A stretch of DNA of 32,000 nucleotides. Origin: Candidatus Poseidoniaceae archaeon (lineage in GTDB: Archaea > Thermoplasmatota > Poseidoniia > Poseidoniales > Poseidoniaceae). The notes below the pieces were generated by a model. It did no database searches. It saw nothing but the letters and a program-made list of their open reading frames with translations, and was not told the DNA's origin. Made by a program: the position numbers and the translations under genes. Where the stretch lies: assembly GCA_943789275.1 (NCBI GenBank), contig CALSTM010000001.1, forward strand, positions 450,001 through 482,000. Reading direction: 5' to 3'. Shown in pieces: positions 1-8,474 of the stretch (position 1 is its first letter; every line of letters starts with the position of its first letter).

Positions 1-721
1 CTGCAATTCCTGAAAGAGAATTGAGCAACGAAACGACCACCGGCATATCTGCTCCTCCAATCGGGAGAACAAGTATGATGCCGAGGATACATGAAATACC
101 AATGATTCCCCAAAGGTATTGCTCGTTGGTTGGGTCATCGATGCTTGCAACGATGAGTGCGATGACTGCAAGGAACAAGAGTACCTTGACTGGATTGAGC
201 CATGTTGGACCCCACGTAGGCGTGCGAATCCATTTTCCAAAGACTTCGATTCCACCTTTGAGTTTGTACATTGCGAGTAAAGAACCCGTTAAGGTCATCC
301 ATCCAACGAGTGCAGACAAGCCAGCAGCGATCATAGTGACGGTAATTTCAAGTCCAGTTGGAACGATATTAGGCTCGGCAATGTACTTTTGAATTTCTGA
401 GAGAGCAACAAGGGCAGATGCTGCACCGCCAAAACCGTTGAACAATGCAACCAGTTCCGGCATCCCGGTCATCTCGACCTTGACAGCCATCCAATAACCA
501 ATCAGTGACCCAAGTACAAGTCCACCAGCGATGAGTGTCCAGTCAACAACCCCATCACCCGTGAGTTGCATTTGCGCAACGGTCGTGATGACAGCAACGA
601 GCATACCCATGGCGCCGAGTTGATTACCAAACGGTGCAGTCTTGGGGTGTCCGAGCTTTTTCAGTCCAAAAATGAACAGTGCTGCGGAAATCAAATATCC
701 AACAGAGACCCAATCTTCCAT
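1..721 (-). CDS. pntB: NAD(P) transhydrogenase subunit beta; N-terminal about 240 aa, with the 3' end beyond the window
   Basis: Absent from the ORF track because it runs off the edge. The minus-strand frame is open from the ATG at 721-719 to position 2. My translation reads MEDWVSVGYLISAALFIFGLKKLGH...VEMTGMPELVALFNGFGGAASALVA...PIGGADMPVVVSLLNSLSGIA, which carries the conserved PntB motifs. It starts 1 nt after the pntAB stop. Confidence 0.9.
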   Translation of the reverse strand, partial: MEDWVSVGYLISAALFIFGLKKLGHPKTAPFGNQLGAMGMLVAVITTVAQMQLTGDGVVDWTLIAGGLVLGSLIGYWMAVKVEMTGMPELVALFNGFGGAASALVALSEIQKYIAEPNIVPTGLEITVTMIAAGLSALVGWMTLTGSLLAMYKLKGGIEVFGKWIRTPTWGPTWLNPVKVLLFLAVIALIVASIDDPTNEQYLWGIIGISCILGIILVLPIGGADMPVVVSLLNSLSGIA

Positions 722-722
722 T

Positions 723-1034
723 TCAAGCACCTCCGCGCTTCTTTCCAGCAATCATGTTGAGCATCCTGTTGGTGACGGCAAATCCACCGACAACATTGAT
801 CATCGCAAGGACGATTGCGACAAACGCAAGTAGTCCCGAAAGAGCAGTTGCTCCGCCATCGAACGCAACATTTGAACCAAACAATGCGCCAATAATACTG
901 ATACCAGAAATAGCATTTGCACCGCTCATTAGAGGCGTGTGCAATGTTGCTGGAACCTTTGTAATCAATTCGAATCCGAGGAAAATAGCGAGTATAAACA
1001 GTGTAACGTTTCCAATTAAGAATGCGGGCTCCAT
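723..1034 (-). CDS. pntAB: NAD(P) transhydrogenase subunit alpha part 2 (small membrane subunit)
   Basis: 103-aa hydrophobic protein containing HTPLMSGANAISGI and VVGGFAVTNRML. It lies between pntAA and pntB, and its start overlaps the pntAA stop by 1 nt (TGATG). Confidence 0.9.
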   Translation of the reverse strand: MEPAFLIGNVTLFILAIFLGFELITKVPATLHTPLMSGANAISGISIIGALFGSNVAFDGGATALSGLLAFVAIVLAMINVVGGFAVTNRMLNMIAGKKRGGA

Positions 1035-2194
1035 CAGAGAACACCTCCAAGGCGTGTTTGTTTTGGATGCAAGGCACCCTCATGGCAGAGAAGAACTCCT
1101 CCCATGCCGTTGACATAGAAATCAGATCCTTCAGGTGCACCGACTAAAATGTCGTCTTCATCGTTAATCGTGAGTTCGCCGTCTTTGACCAACGAAGTGA
1201 TGAATGTTGTCAAGTTGTTTGAATACAACATGCTCGCAGTTGTTGCTAAAGTGCCGGGAAGATTCGATGTCCCCACAACGATAACGCCGTTTTTGGTCGT
1301 GATGATTTTGCCTGTTTCAGTGTCTTCACAATTCCCGCCCACGTCGGCATTCATGTCGACAACCACTGCACCAGATTTGAACGTCTTGATGGCGCTTGAT
1401 GGGACGGTAATTGGTGCTGGACGACCGAAAATACGAGCCGTCGTTACGATGATGTCAGCATCTGCAGCCACACCGCAGACCGTATCGTTGACCTTTTGAA
1501 TAAACTCTGGAGTGAGTGGCTTTGCATAGCCTGATTCATCTTCAAAGTCATCCATGCCGTCGACTTCGATGAATCGTCCACCGACCGATTCAATTTGCTC
1601 AGCGGCCGACTTTCGAACATCTGATGCGTAAACGACTGCTCCCAATCGCTTAGCAGTAGCAATCGCTTGTAATCCTGCGACACCACTGCCCATAATGACC
1701 ACTTTCGCTGGCCGTACGGTTCCTGCTGATGTGGTCATCATTGGAATGCCCTTTGGAACATGAGCAGCTCCGAGTAGAACAGCCTTGTAGCCAGCCAGAT
1801 TGTCTTGACTCGAATTGACGTCCATCGACTGAGCACGAGAAAGTCTCCGAGGAATCATGTCCATTGAAAGCAGCGTCACACCTGCCGCTATGCATTCATT
1901 GACATGCTCAGGGTGTCGAAAGGGGTCTGCAACACAAGCAATACGTGTGCCTTTGGAAATACCGTCCAGTCCAGGATAACGAATCGAAATAATAGTGTCG
2001 CATGCAAGCGCATCACTGCGTGATACAACCTTTGCGCCTGCTTCTTCGTATGCAGAATCTGCATAGTTTGACGAAGCGCCTGCACCCTTTTCAATGTGTA
2101 CTTCAAAGCCAGCCTTGAGCAATTTTTTCATGCTCATAGGAGTTATCGCAACTCTCGTTTCGCCTTCTGGTTCCATTGGTACTCCAAGTTTCAT
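1034..2194 (-). CDS. pntAA: NAD(P) transhydrogenase subunit alpha part 1 (alanine dehydrogenase/PNT domain)
   Basis: 386 aa. It has an AlaDH/PNT-type N-terminus (ETRVAITP) and the Rossmann motif VVIMGSGVAGLQAIATAKRLGA. It is the first gene of the pnt operon. Confidence 0.9.
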   Translation of the reverse strand: MKLGVPMEPEGETRVAITPMSMKKLLKAGFEVHIEKGAGASSNYADSAYEEAGAKVVSRSDALACDTIISIRYPGLDGISKGTRIACVADPFRHPEHVNECIAAGVTLLSMDMIPRRLSRAQSMDVNSSQDNLAGYKAVLLGAAHVPKGIPMMTTSAGTVRPAKVVIMGSGVAGLQAIATAKRLGAVVYASDVRKSAAEQIESVGGRFIEVDGMDDFEDESGYAKPLTPEFIQKVNDTVCGVAADADIIVTTARIFGRPAPITVPSSAIKTFKSGAVVVDMNADVGGNCEDTETGKIITTKNGVIVVGTSNLPGTLATTASMLYSNNLTTFITSLVKDGELTINDEDDILVGAPEGSDFYVNGMGGVLLCHEGALHPKQTRLGGVL

Positions 2195-2402
2195 ACAACT
2201 TCCTCGAGCCCCGATTGTCGCATCGATACGACGGGGGGTGTTCTTGCCACAAAGAGGGGGTTCTTAGAGAACACGCTCTAGAAGGGTGATATAATTCTGT
2301 CAAAAACATGAATATTCTCGTGTTCTGTTGTCTGTCTCCAAGGCGTTGGACCATGTTGCTTATTGATGGTCGAGTGTTGGAAAGTTTATCGAGGGATATA
2401 TT

Positions 2403-3341
2403 ATGACCAGTCATCGAAGAAAAATTGCAGTAATTGGAGCCGGAAACGTTGGAGCAACATGCGCATTTGTACTTGCACAGATGAAAATTGCCGATATTGT
2501 CTTGCTTGATATTTACGAAGGTTTTGCCAAAGGAAAAGCGCTGGATATGTCTCAAAACGGTCAGGTCTTGAATTACGATGGTTCAATCACCGGTACCTCC
2601 GATTACAACGATATTGCAGGTGCCAGTGTCGTTGTTGTCACCTCGGGTTTCCCTCGCCAACCGGGTATGACCCGTGAAGATTTGATTGCCAAGAATGCAG
2701 GTATTGTTCAGCAAGTTGGCGAAGGTATTCGAGATCATGCCCCGGACTCTACAATTGTCATGGTCACGAACCCACTTGACTTGATGACGTACCATATGCA
2801 AAAGGTGACAGGATTTCCTGCAAACCGTGTTTGTGGTCAAGCAGGAGTTCTCGACAGTGCGCGCATGACTCACTTTGTGGCACAGGCAGTTGGATGTTCC
2901 GAAGAGGATGTTCAGGCAATGGTCCTTGGCGGTCACGGTGATACCATGGTTCCACTCCCACGTTTCACTACCGTTGGTGGCATCGCAATTACTCACTTAC
3001 TCGATGAAGAAACAATTGATGCCATTTGTAAGAGAACCGCATCGGGCGGTGGTGAAATCGTCAAACTACTCGAACGTGGTTCTGCATTTTATGCCCCAGG
3101 CTCTGCAGCTGCAGTCATGGCTGAAGCCGTGCTTAACGACCGGAAGCGACTCATTCCTGCTTCGGCCCATCTTACCGGTCAGTACGGGCTTGATGATGTT
3201 TACATTGGTGTGCCAGTTATTCTTGGTGCAGGCGGTATTGAACGGATTCTGGAACTTGAACTGTCTGAAGGCGAACTTGAATCACTGCAAGGCTCTGGTA
3301 ACTTCTACAAGTCACAACTGAAGGAACTTCTCGGTTACTGA
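2403..3341 (+). CDS. mdh: Malate dehydrogenase, LDH-like family
   Basis: 312 aa with KIAVIGAGNVGATCAF. The substrate-loop sequence GFPRQPGMTREDL carries Arg, the MDH-type residue, rather than the Gln of LDH. GAGGGA sits 8 nt upstream of the ATG. Confidence 0.9.
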   Translation: MTSHRRKIAVIGAGNVGATCAFVLAQMKIADIVLLDIYEGFAKGKALDMSQNGQVLNYDGSITGTSDYNDIAGASVVVVTSGFPRQPGMTREDLIAKNAGIVQQVGEGIRDHAPDSTIVMVTNPLDLMTYHMQKVTGFPANRVCGQAGVLDSARMTHFVAQAVGCSEEDVQAMVLGGHGDTMVPLPRFTTVGGIAITHLLDEETIDAICKRTASGGGEIVKLLERGSAFYAPGSAAAVMAEAVLNDRKRLIPASAHLTGQYGLDDVYIGVPVILGAGGIERILELELSEGELESLQGSGNFYKSQLKELLGY

Positions 3342-4042
3342 ATGGCACGAACAATACCCAGCGAGTATATTTCTCCCCGGGTAGTAATCAGTTTATCATC
3401 CACTTCCGAATTTTTGCAACGTACAAGGTTTTTGCCTTGACGGCCTCTTGAAACCATCCGAGCTAGAATTTCTTGACCAATGTAGCACCCTTTCGCTGGG
3501 TGAACAAATTTACTCAGACCTGCTGCAAGTGGATGGTTTTTAATGGTAATTTCGTGGTTATTCCACGGCACGAGGTTTTCTATTCTCCACGCATCAAATT
3601 CAGCGATTGTACCGCTGTGCTGTAATGTATTTTCCTTCGATGCTATCACGATGTTCAAGTTTGATTCTGTACGTCCATACGTCACATTGTTGACTGAGAT
3701 AAATGTCCCGACATGTTCATTTTTGACTTCGTATTCAACAGCAAACTGATTTCGTTCTGTAACGTCGGTAATCGTTACATCCTGTCCGAGTATCCGTGGC
3801 AAGACGTGATTCAACAGGTTCTGTAGTTTTGATTGATGGCATTGTACTGCCAACACTTCACCCATGTGGAAGACGGTGACAAAATCAATGATCTTGGCTT
3901 GAGATGAGGTGAACACGGTTTGCACGAGTTGTCCTTTCATCATGTCGACCATTTTGTTTGTTGACAAACCATCTATAAATTGGAGGGCATCCTTACCTTG
4001 CCAAATTGTAAGCGCAGCGTCGGGATAAGCCACGAGCGGCAT
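3335..4042 (-). CDS. YgfZ/GcvT-like folate-binding protein (Fe-S cluster maintenance family)
   Basis: 235 aa with the signature KGCYIGQEILARM near the C-terminus and a GcvT-like N-terminal region (GKDALQFIDGLSTN). GGTGAG lies directly upstream of the ATG. It overlaps the convergent mdh by 7 nt. Confidence 0.75.
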   Translation of the reverse strand: MPLVAYPDAALTIWQGKDALQFIDGLSTNKMVDMMKGQLVQTVFTSSQAKIIDFVTVFHMGEVLAVQCHQSKLQNLLNHVLPRILGQDVTITDVTERNQFAVEYEVKNEHVGTFISVNNVTYGRTESNLNIVIASKENTLQHSGTIAEFDAWRIENLVPWNNHEITIKNHPLAAGLSKFVHPAKGCYIGQEILARMVSRGRQGKNLVRCKNSEVDDKLITTRGEIYSLGIVRAIQ

Positions 4043-4051
4043 GAACTCACC

Positions 4052-4432
4052 TCAAGAGAATGATTCGCCACAACCGCAAGATGATTCCGCATTTGGGTTG
4101 TTGATTTTGAATCCGCCGCCCATAAGACGGTCAACGTAATCAATTTCGATTCCGTCAAGGAGGTGACTCGACGCGTTTGGCACGAGAACCTTGAAACCAT
4201 CGACAGTGATTTCTTGACAACTTTGGTCTGTTTCTTCGACAATCTGTAAATCGTACATATAGCCAGAGCATCCTCCGGATAGAACGCCGACTAAGAGCGC
4301 CATAGAACGGTCGTCTCCAAAGGCATCGGAGAGCATTTCTTGAGCCTTATTGGAGATACTCAAATTGACGTTGACAACTTCCGGAGTCATCAACTGCACA
4401 GGGCTCGATGTTTCGCAGGTTCCGCAGTCCAT
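4052..4432 (-). CDS. A-type Fe-S cluster carrier (IscA/HesB/ErpA family)
   Basis: Has the C-terminal SCGCGESFS motif and an internal GGCSGY cysteine. I chose the ATG at 4432 because GGTGAG lies upstream of it. The track start at 4450 is a GTG, and the ATG at 4390 is another possibility. Confidence 0.85.
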   Translation of the reverse strand: MDCGTCETSSPVQLMTPEVVNVNLSISNKAQEMLSDAFGDDRSMALLVGVLSGGCSGYMYDLQIVEETDQSCQEITVDGFKVLVPNASSHLLDGIEIDYVDRLMGGGFKINNPNAESSCGCGESFS

Positions 4433-4491
4433 GTTTCGTCCACTCACCACTTCTCTATGAACCTGTTTCTAAAATAGAGCGTAAAACCCGG

Positions 4492-7092
4492 TTATCGGCG
4501 TTTATTTTTTCGTTCGACTTCCTTGTGCAATATACCGCACCGGCGTATTTGTTCTTTTGCCCGCTTAATTTCTTCTGGGCTAAGTCCGCGTGGAACCGAC
4601 TGTTCAAAGCATTTAATGGCATCAGGATAACGCTCCATCTCGGCATATGCGCTGCCCATGTTGTAGAGCGTTTTACCTTGAACCTCTGATGGCCGTATGA
4701 GCATTGCTTGGTGGTATGATTCAACACACTTTGGGTATTCTTCAAGATAGTAGAACGCATTACCCTTGCCGTTAAGTATTCGCATGAGCATTTCTTCATT
4801 TCCAGTAAAGGATGGTAGGGCGCGGTCAAAACATGAGAGTGCTTCCTTATACTTGCCATCAGAGATGAGACCAACGCCTTGGTTGTACCAAGCAATATCT
4901 TGGTTTGCAACTGAACTTGAATCCACCTCAGCATTTGCCGATACCGACACCAAGCGTTGTGCATCCGCTGCAGCCTGGGTAAGGTCGAATGAAGATTGAG
5001 GTTCTGGCTCGTTGATTTCCATTAGCGGCTCACGTTGCGATAGTAAATTCGCTGACTCAGTCAAAAGAGATGTCGAGTCAGCAATCGTTTCTTGAACCAC
5101 CTCGGGTGAAGATTGTTTAACTGGAGTTTGCAGTCCAAGTGCATTCATGTAATAATCCGCTTGATCTTCTTGTGAATCTTGCATGACAGGGGCAGGAGCC
5201 GGTGCTGGGACGGGTACTGGAGCAGGAGCCGCAACGATGCTTGGCACCGGTACTGGAACTGGTTCTGCCTCAACGGGTTGGTGAATCGGTGTTGGAGTAA
5301 CATCCTCATGTACGATCGATTGGACAGCAACTCCTCCGAGTGCATCGGCTTTCCTGTGACATTTTTCTGCGGTTGCCAAGTCACCTGCAGATTCAAGTGA
5401 GCGGGCTAATCCGCGCCAAATATCAGGGTTTTCACCGTCCTGTTTAATCATGGATTTCCAGATGGTGACCGCTTGAACATTGTTCTTTGCAGCCGTATAG
5501 GCTCGGGCGTGCATTGCAGTGTGACCAGGGCCCAAATATTCAATGGCTTCAGTAGCAAGATGTGGGCCTTCAGGCAGTGTTGGAGGTATTCCTTGCACGC
5601 TCTCCAATACATTTGCTTCTCCTTCGGCTAATTCGACCAGAACGCGAATAAATTCTTCACGAACAGGATTCTTTGTGTCGAGACGAAGGACTGTTCGACT
5701 CGAGTTGAGGAAGTTTTCGATATCACCGGTAGCATGGCACAGTTGGCTGCATTTAACCGCTGCCTTGAGATAATCCGCTTGCACATCCATTGCCCTTAGG
5801 TAACACTGTATCGCTTCATCGTTACTGCCTCTTCGTTGGTGAATTGAACCAAGATTAAACCAGCCTGAGCCTTGGTTTGGGTCAAGCGACTGCGCATGCT
5901 CGAGTGCTGAAATAGCATGGTCATCGAGTTCCATTCGAGCCATGGCCCCGCCTGCAATTCTCCATGCACCTGCATGCTGTGCCCCTATTGTTTTGAGGTG
6001 GGGGCTCAATATCTCAAGTGCTCCCTTGGCGTCTCCTGCACGAATCATTCCGGTTGCTTCTTCAACAAGTTCGTCAAGGTTCAACGGTTGTTCTTCGACT
6101 GCTTCGGTCACTGGCTCAGGAGCAACCGGTTCAGGCACCTCGGTCTTTTCGATGACCTGCTGGATTTCTTGTGTTGCTGCGACGACTGAAGCAGCTGATT
6201 TGAGTTCTTGATATTCGAGGTGTTGATTTGAATCGGAATCATGGTGAAGAGCTTCAGCCAAGACTGCTTCTTTATCGGTAACACCTGCTTCCTTCATGAC
6301 TTTCTCAACTTCGACCTCATCAAAGGTCTGCGTTGGTTCTTGAATCGGCATATTTTCAATTGGCATTTTGATTGCGCTTTCAGCACAACGTGTTTTGACG
6401 TCGAGAAGCATAGGGTGTCCGGGGAAAAAAGCGAGTGCTTTGACCGCCATTTCGTATGCAGCGGCATCATCACCAATTCGTTCCAAGAGTGTGGCGATGT
6501 TCGCCGTTGCTGGAGCATTGTTCGGATTGATATCAAGGCATATTTGGAATGCTTGACGGGCACCACGGGCATCTTGTTCTGCTTCAAGAAGCACACCTCG
6601 GTTAAACCAGGCCATGTCGCAGGATGGATCTAAGGCAATCGCCTTGTTAAACGCTGACAATGCCCCTTTTGAGTCGTTTTTACGAGAACATTCCTCTCCG
6701 AGTTGAAGGAGGTATTCGATGGTATTCTCTTCATCCACTTGAGGCTCAGATGGTTCTTGAGATTTCATACCATGCCATTTTTTGGCAGCATTTTGAAGTT
6801 CATCTTCGCTGAGATAATTGTTGTCGTTTTCGTCCATGGTGTGGGCGAATGTGAGGAATCCTTCACGGTCTTTTATGTCGTGTTGCTTGATAACGCGTTC
6901 AAGAACATTTTCAGAATACCCCATTTGTTTAACCTCGACATGCTCAATCATATCGCCGAGACCTGCTGAACGCAATGCTGCGGCCATTGATTCTGCTACA
7001 GCTTCAGAAACTGCATTTGAATCGCCGGGAGGATTACCTGTCTCTTCCATGGTGTCACCATACCAAAGCGGATAACCGACCGGCATAAGCAT
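4492..7092 (-). CDS. Large TPR-repeat protein with two EF-hand-like or UBA-like N-terminal modules and a Pro-Ala/Pro-Val linker
   Basis: Contains multiple TPR units (AWFNRGVLLEAEQD..., GWFNLGSIHQRRGSNDEAIQCY..., IAWYNQGVGLISDGKYKEAL..., LYNMGSAYAEMERYPDAIKCFEQ). The track start at 7146 is TTG. The ATGs at 7113, 7092 and 7086 are all possible; 7092 fits best with the shared TATA-like box at 7122-7130. Confidence 0.75.
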   Translation of the reverse strand: MLMPVGYPLWYGDTMEETGNPPGDSNAVSEAVAESMAAALRSAGLGDMIEHVEVKQMGYSENVLERVIKQHDIKDREGFLTFAHTMDENDNNYLSEDELQNAAKKWHGMKSQEPSEPQVDEENTIEYLLQLGEECSRKNDSKGALSAFNKAIALDPSCDMAWFNRGVLLEAEQDARGARQAFQICLDINPNNAPATANIATLLERIGDDAAAYEMAVKALAFFPGHPMLLDVKTRCAESAIKMPIENMPIQEPTQTFDEVEVEKVMKEAGVTDKEAVLAEALHHDSDSNQHLEYQELKSAASVVAATQEIQQVIEKTEVPEPVAPEPVTEAVEEQPLNLDELVEEATGMIRAGDAKGALEILSPHLKTIGAQHAGAWRIAGGAMARMELDDHAISALEHAQSLDPNQGSGWFNLGSIHQRRGSNDEAIQCYLRAMDVQADYLKAAVKCSQLCHATGDIENFLNSSRTVLRLDTKNPVREEFIRVLVELAEGEANVLESVQGIPPTLPEGPHLATEAIEYLGPGHTAMHARAYTAAKNNVQAVTIWKSMIKQDGENPDIWRGLARSLESAGDLATAEKCHRKADALGGVAVQSIVHEDVTPTPIHQPVEAEPVPVPVPSIVAAPAPVPVPAPAPAPVMQDSQEDQADYYMNALGLQTPVKQSSPEVVQETIADSTSLLTESANLLSQREPLMEINEPEPQSSFDLTQAAADAQRLVSVSANAEVDSSSVANQDIAWYNQGVGLISDGKYKEALSCFDRALPSFTGNEEMLMRILNGKGNAFYYLEEYPKCVESYHQAMLIRPSEVQGKTLYNMGSAYAEMERYPDAIKCFEQSVPRGLSPEEIKRAKEQIRRCGILHKEVERKNKRR
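5188..5278 (-). repeat. Low-complexity coding tract (PVPVPVP...APAPVPVPAPAPAPV) inside the TPR gene
   Basis: GGnGCn/GGnACn periodicity is visible on the plus strand and translates to a PA/PV linker on the minus strand. Confidence 0.7.
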
Positions 7093-7121
7093 TGCTTCTT
7101 GTTGTCCTACCATTATGGACA

Positions 7122-7130
7122 CTATATTCA
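7122..7130. promoter_or_regulatory. Candidate shared TATA-like element for the divergent TPR and FMN-reductase genes
   Basis: The sequence ctatattca lies about 30 nt from the ATG at 7156 (plus strand) and about 30-35 nt from the ATG at 7092 (minus strand). This spacing fits near-leaderless archaeal transcripts. Confidence 0.3.
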
Positions 7131-7155
7131 AAAACCTCCGGCCCAAGTCAAGGGT

Positions 7156-7713
7156 ATGAGTACATCGAATATGCGAATTCTTGGCCTATCAGGAGAGTAC
7201 AGACCTACATCAAAAAGCGGCATGATGGTGAATCTTGCTCTCGATTACGCACGTTCGAAGGGTGCCGAAGTCATTTTTTGGGATTGCAATGAAAAACCGT
7301 TGCCGTTCGTGGGTGAGGACGGATGTTGGGAAAACGCAAATGTCAAAGAATTTCAATCATTAGCAGCGGAATGCGATGCATTCTTAGTGTGCTCCCCTGA
7401 ATATCACGGCACCATGTCCGGGGTCATGAAGAATACATTCGATTGGTTGTATGACAAGCATGTCGGAGGCAAAGCATTCGGGCTCATGAGCACCCTAGGG
7501 GGGATTCAAAATGCCAACACCCTCAATCACATGCGCATCATGCTACGCTGGCTTCATGCATGGCCTGTTCCTGAGCAACTTTCCGTGGGTCATGTCAAAG
7601 AGGCATTTGACGAGAATGGCCAACTTAGCGACCCAAAAACGGTTGAACGTATGCATTCACTTGTCGACGCTGTCCTCAATACCGCAGTGATGATGAACTC
7701 TCAAGACGAGTGA
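7156..7713 (+). CDS. NAD(P)H-dependent FMN reductase family protein
   Basis: Contains MRILGLSG...CSPEYHGTMSGVMKNTFDWL, typical of the FMN_red family. The track start at 7099 is TTG and would overlap the TPR gene. The ATGs at 7156 or 7171 are more likely. Confidence 0.8.
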   Translation: MSTSNMRILGLSGEYRPTSKSGMMVNLALDYARSKGAEVIFWDCNEKPLPFVGEDGCWENANVKEFQSLAAECDAFLVCSPEYHGTMSGVMKNTFDWLYDKHVGGKAFGLMSTLGGIQNANTLNHMRIMLRWLHAWPVPEQLSVGHVKEAFDENGQLSDPKTVERMHSLVDAVLNTAVMMNSQDE

Positions 7714-7717
7714 TTCC

Positions 7718-8452
7718 ATGTCGGATTCACGGCCCTACTTCGATGACGAGTACGGTGGACGATACATTTTAGTCGAACCCGGTGAATTTCTGATGGGAGA
7801 TTCAAAGGGGACGCGTTCAGAACAGCCTTCTCATCATGTGTCTATTCTTGAACCATTTTTTTGCGGTGAACGCCCGGTTACCCAGGCGCATTGGCAAGCC
7901 ATCATGGATGTCAACCCATCGGCTTTCACTGAGGGTTGGGCGGCAGGATTGAGACCTGTTGAACAAGTTTCTTGGGACGATTGTCAAGAATTCATTTCTC
8001 GGTTAAACGAATTAGACCAAGGCACTGAGCGACTTGGATTTACAGGGGAATGGAGATTGCCGTCTGAATCGGAATGGGAATACATGGCCAGGGCTGGAAC
8101 GACCACGCGTTGGGCGTTTGGCAACCGCGACAGTGAACTGAATGATTATGGGTGGCACGCTGGAAATTCGGGTGCATCAACACGCGAAGTTGGACAAAAA
8201 AAAGCAAATCCTTGGGGGTTTCTTGACTTACATGGCCAAGTAAGTGAATGGTGCCAAGACGCCTTCTCGCCTGACTACTCACTCCATACACCACAACAAA
8301 CCCCATTCAAAGGAGATTCACCGCGAAGGGTCCACAGAGGCGGCTCATGGTTCACCGAATCTGATTCGACTCGTTGTTCATCTCGCGGTTCAGCCCCCCA
8401 ACAACAAAAAACCGACGGAATTGGTTTGAGGATTGTTTGGCAACCACTTTAA
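7718..8452 (+). CDS. FGE-sulfatase (SUMF1/EgtB/PvdO) domain protein, probably not a true formylglycine-generating enzyme
   Basis: Has the motifs WEYMARAGTTTRW and RVHRGGSWF...GLRIV. GAGTGAT lies 3 nt upstream of the ATG. Only one Cys follows GGSW, where I recall a Cys pair in bona fide FGEs. Confidence 0.8.
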   Translation: MSDSRPYFDDEYGGRYILVEPGEFLMGDSKGTRSEQPSHHVSILEPFFCGERPVTQAHWQAIMDVNPSAFTEGWAAGLRPVEQVSWDDCQEFISRLNELDQGTERLGFTGEWRLPSESEWEYMARAGTTTRWAFGNRDSELNDYGWHAGNSGASTREVGQKKANPWGFLDLHGQVSEWCQDAFSPDYSLHTPQQTPFKGDSPRRVHRGGSWFTESDSTRCSSRGSAPQQQKTDGIGLRIVWQPL

Positions 8453-8474
8453 TGTCTTCATTCTTGGCATAATC

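Noticed and set aside
691-1140. A 149-aa minus-strand ORF and several plus-strand ORFs (679..1113, 1149..1499) across the pnt genes
   Set aside because: They overlap the well-supported pntAB and pntAA frames out of frame and carry no motifs.
5170-5290. Short-period DNA repeats that could suggest a repeat array
   Set aside because: The periodicity is at codon level (GGnGCn/GGnACn) and translates to a PA/PV linker within a continuous ORF. There is no repeat-spacer structure, so this is not a CRISPR array.
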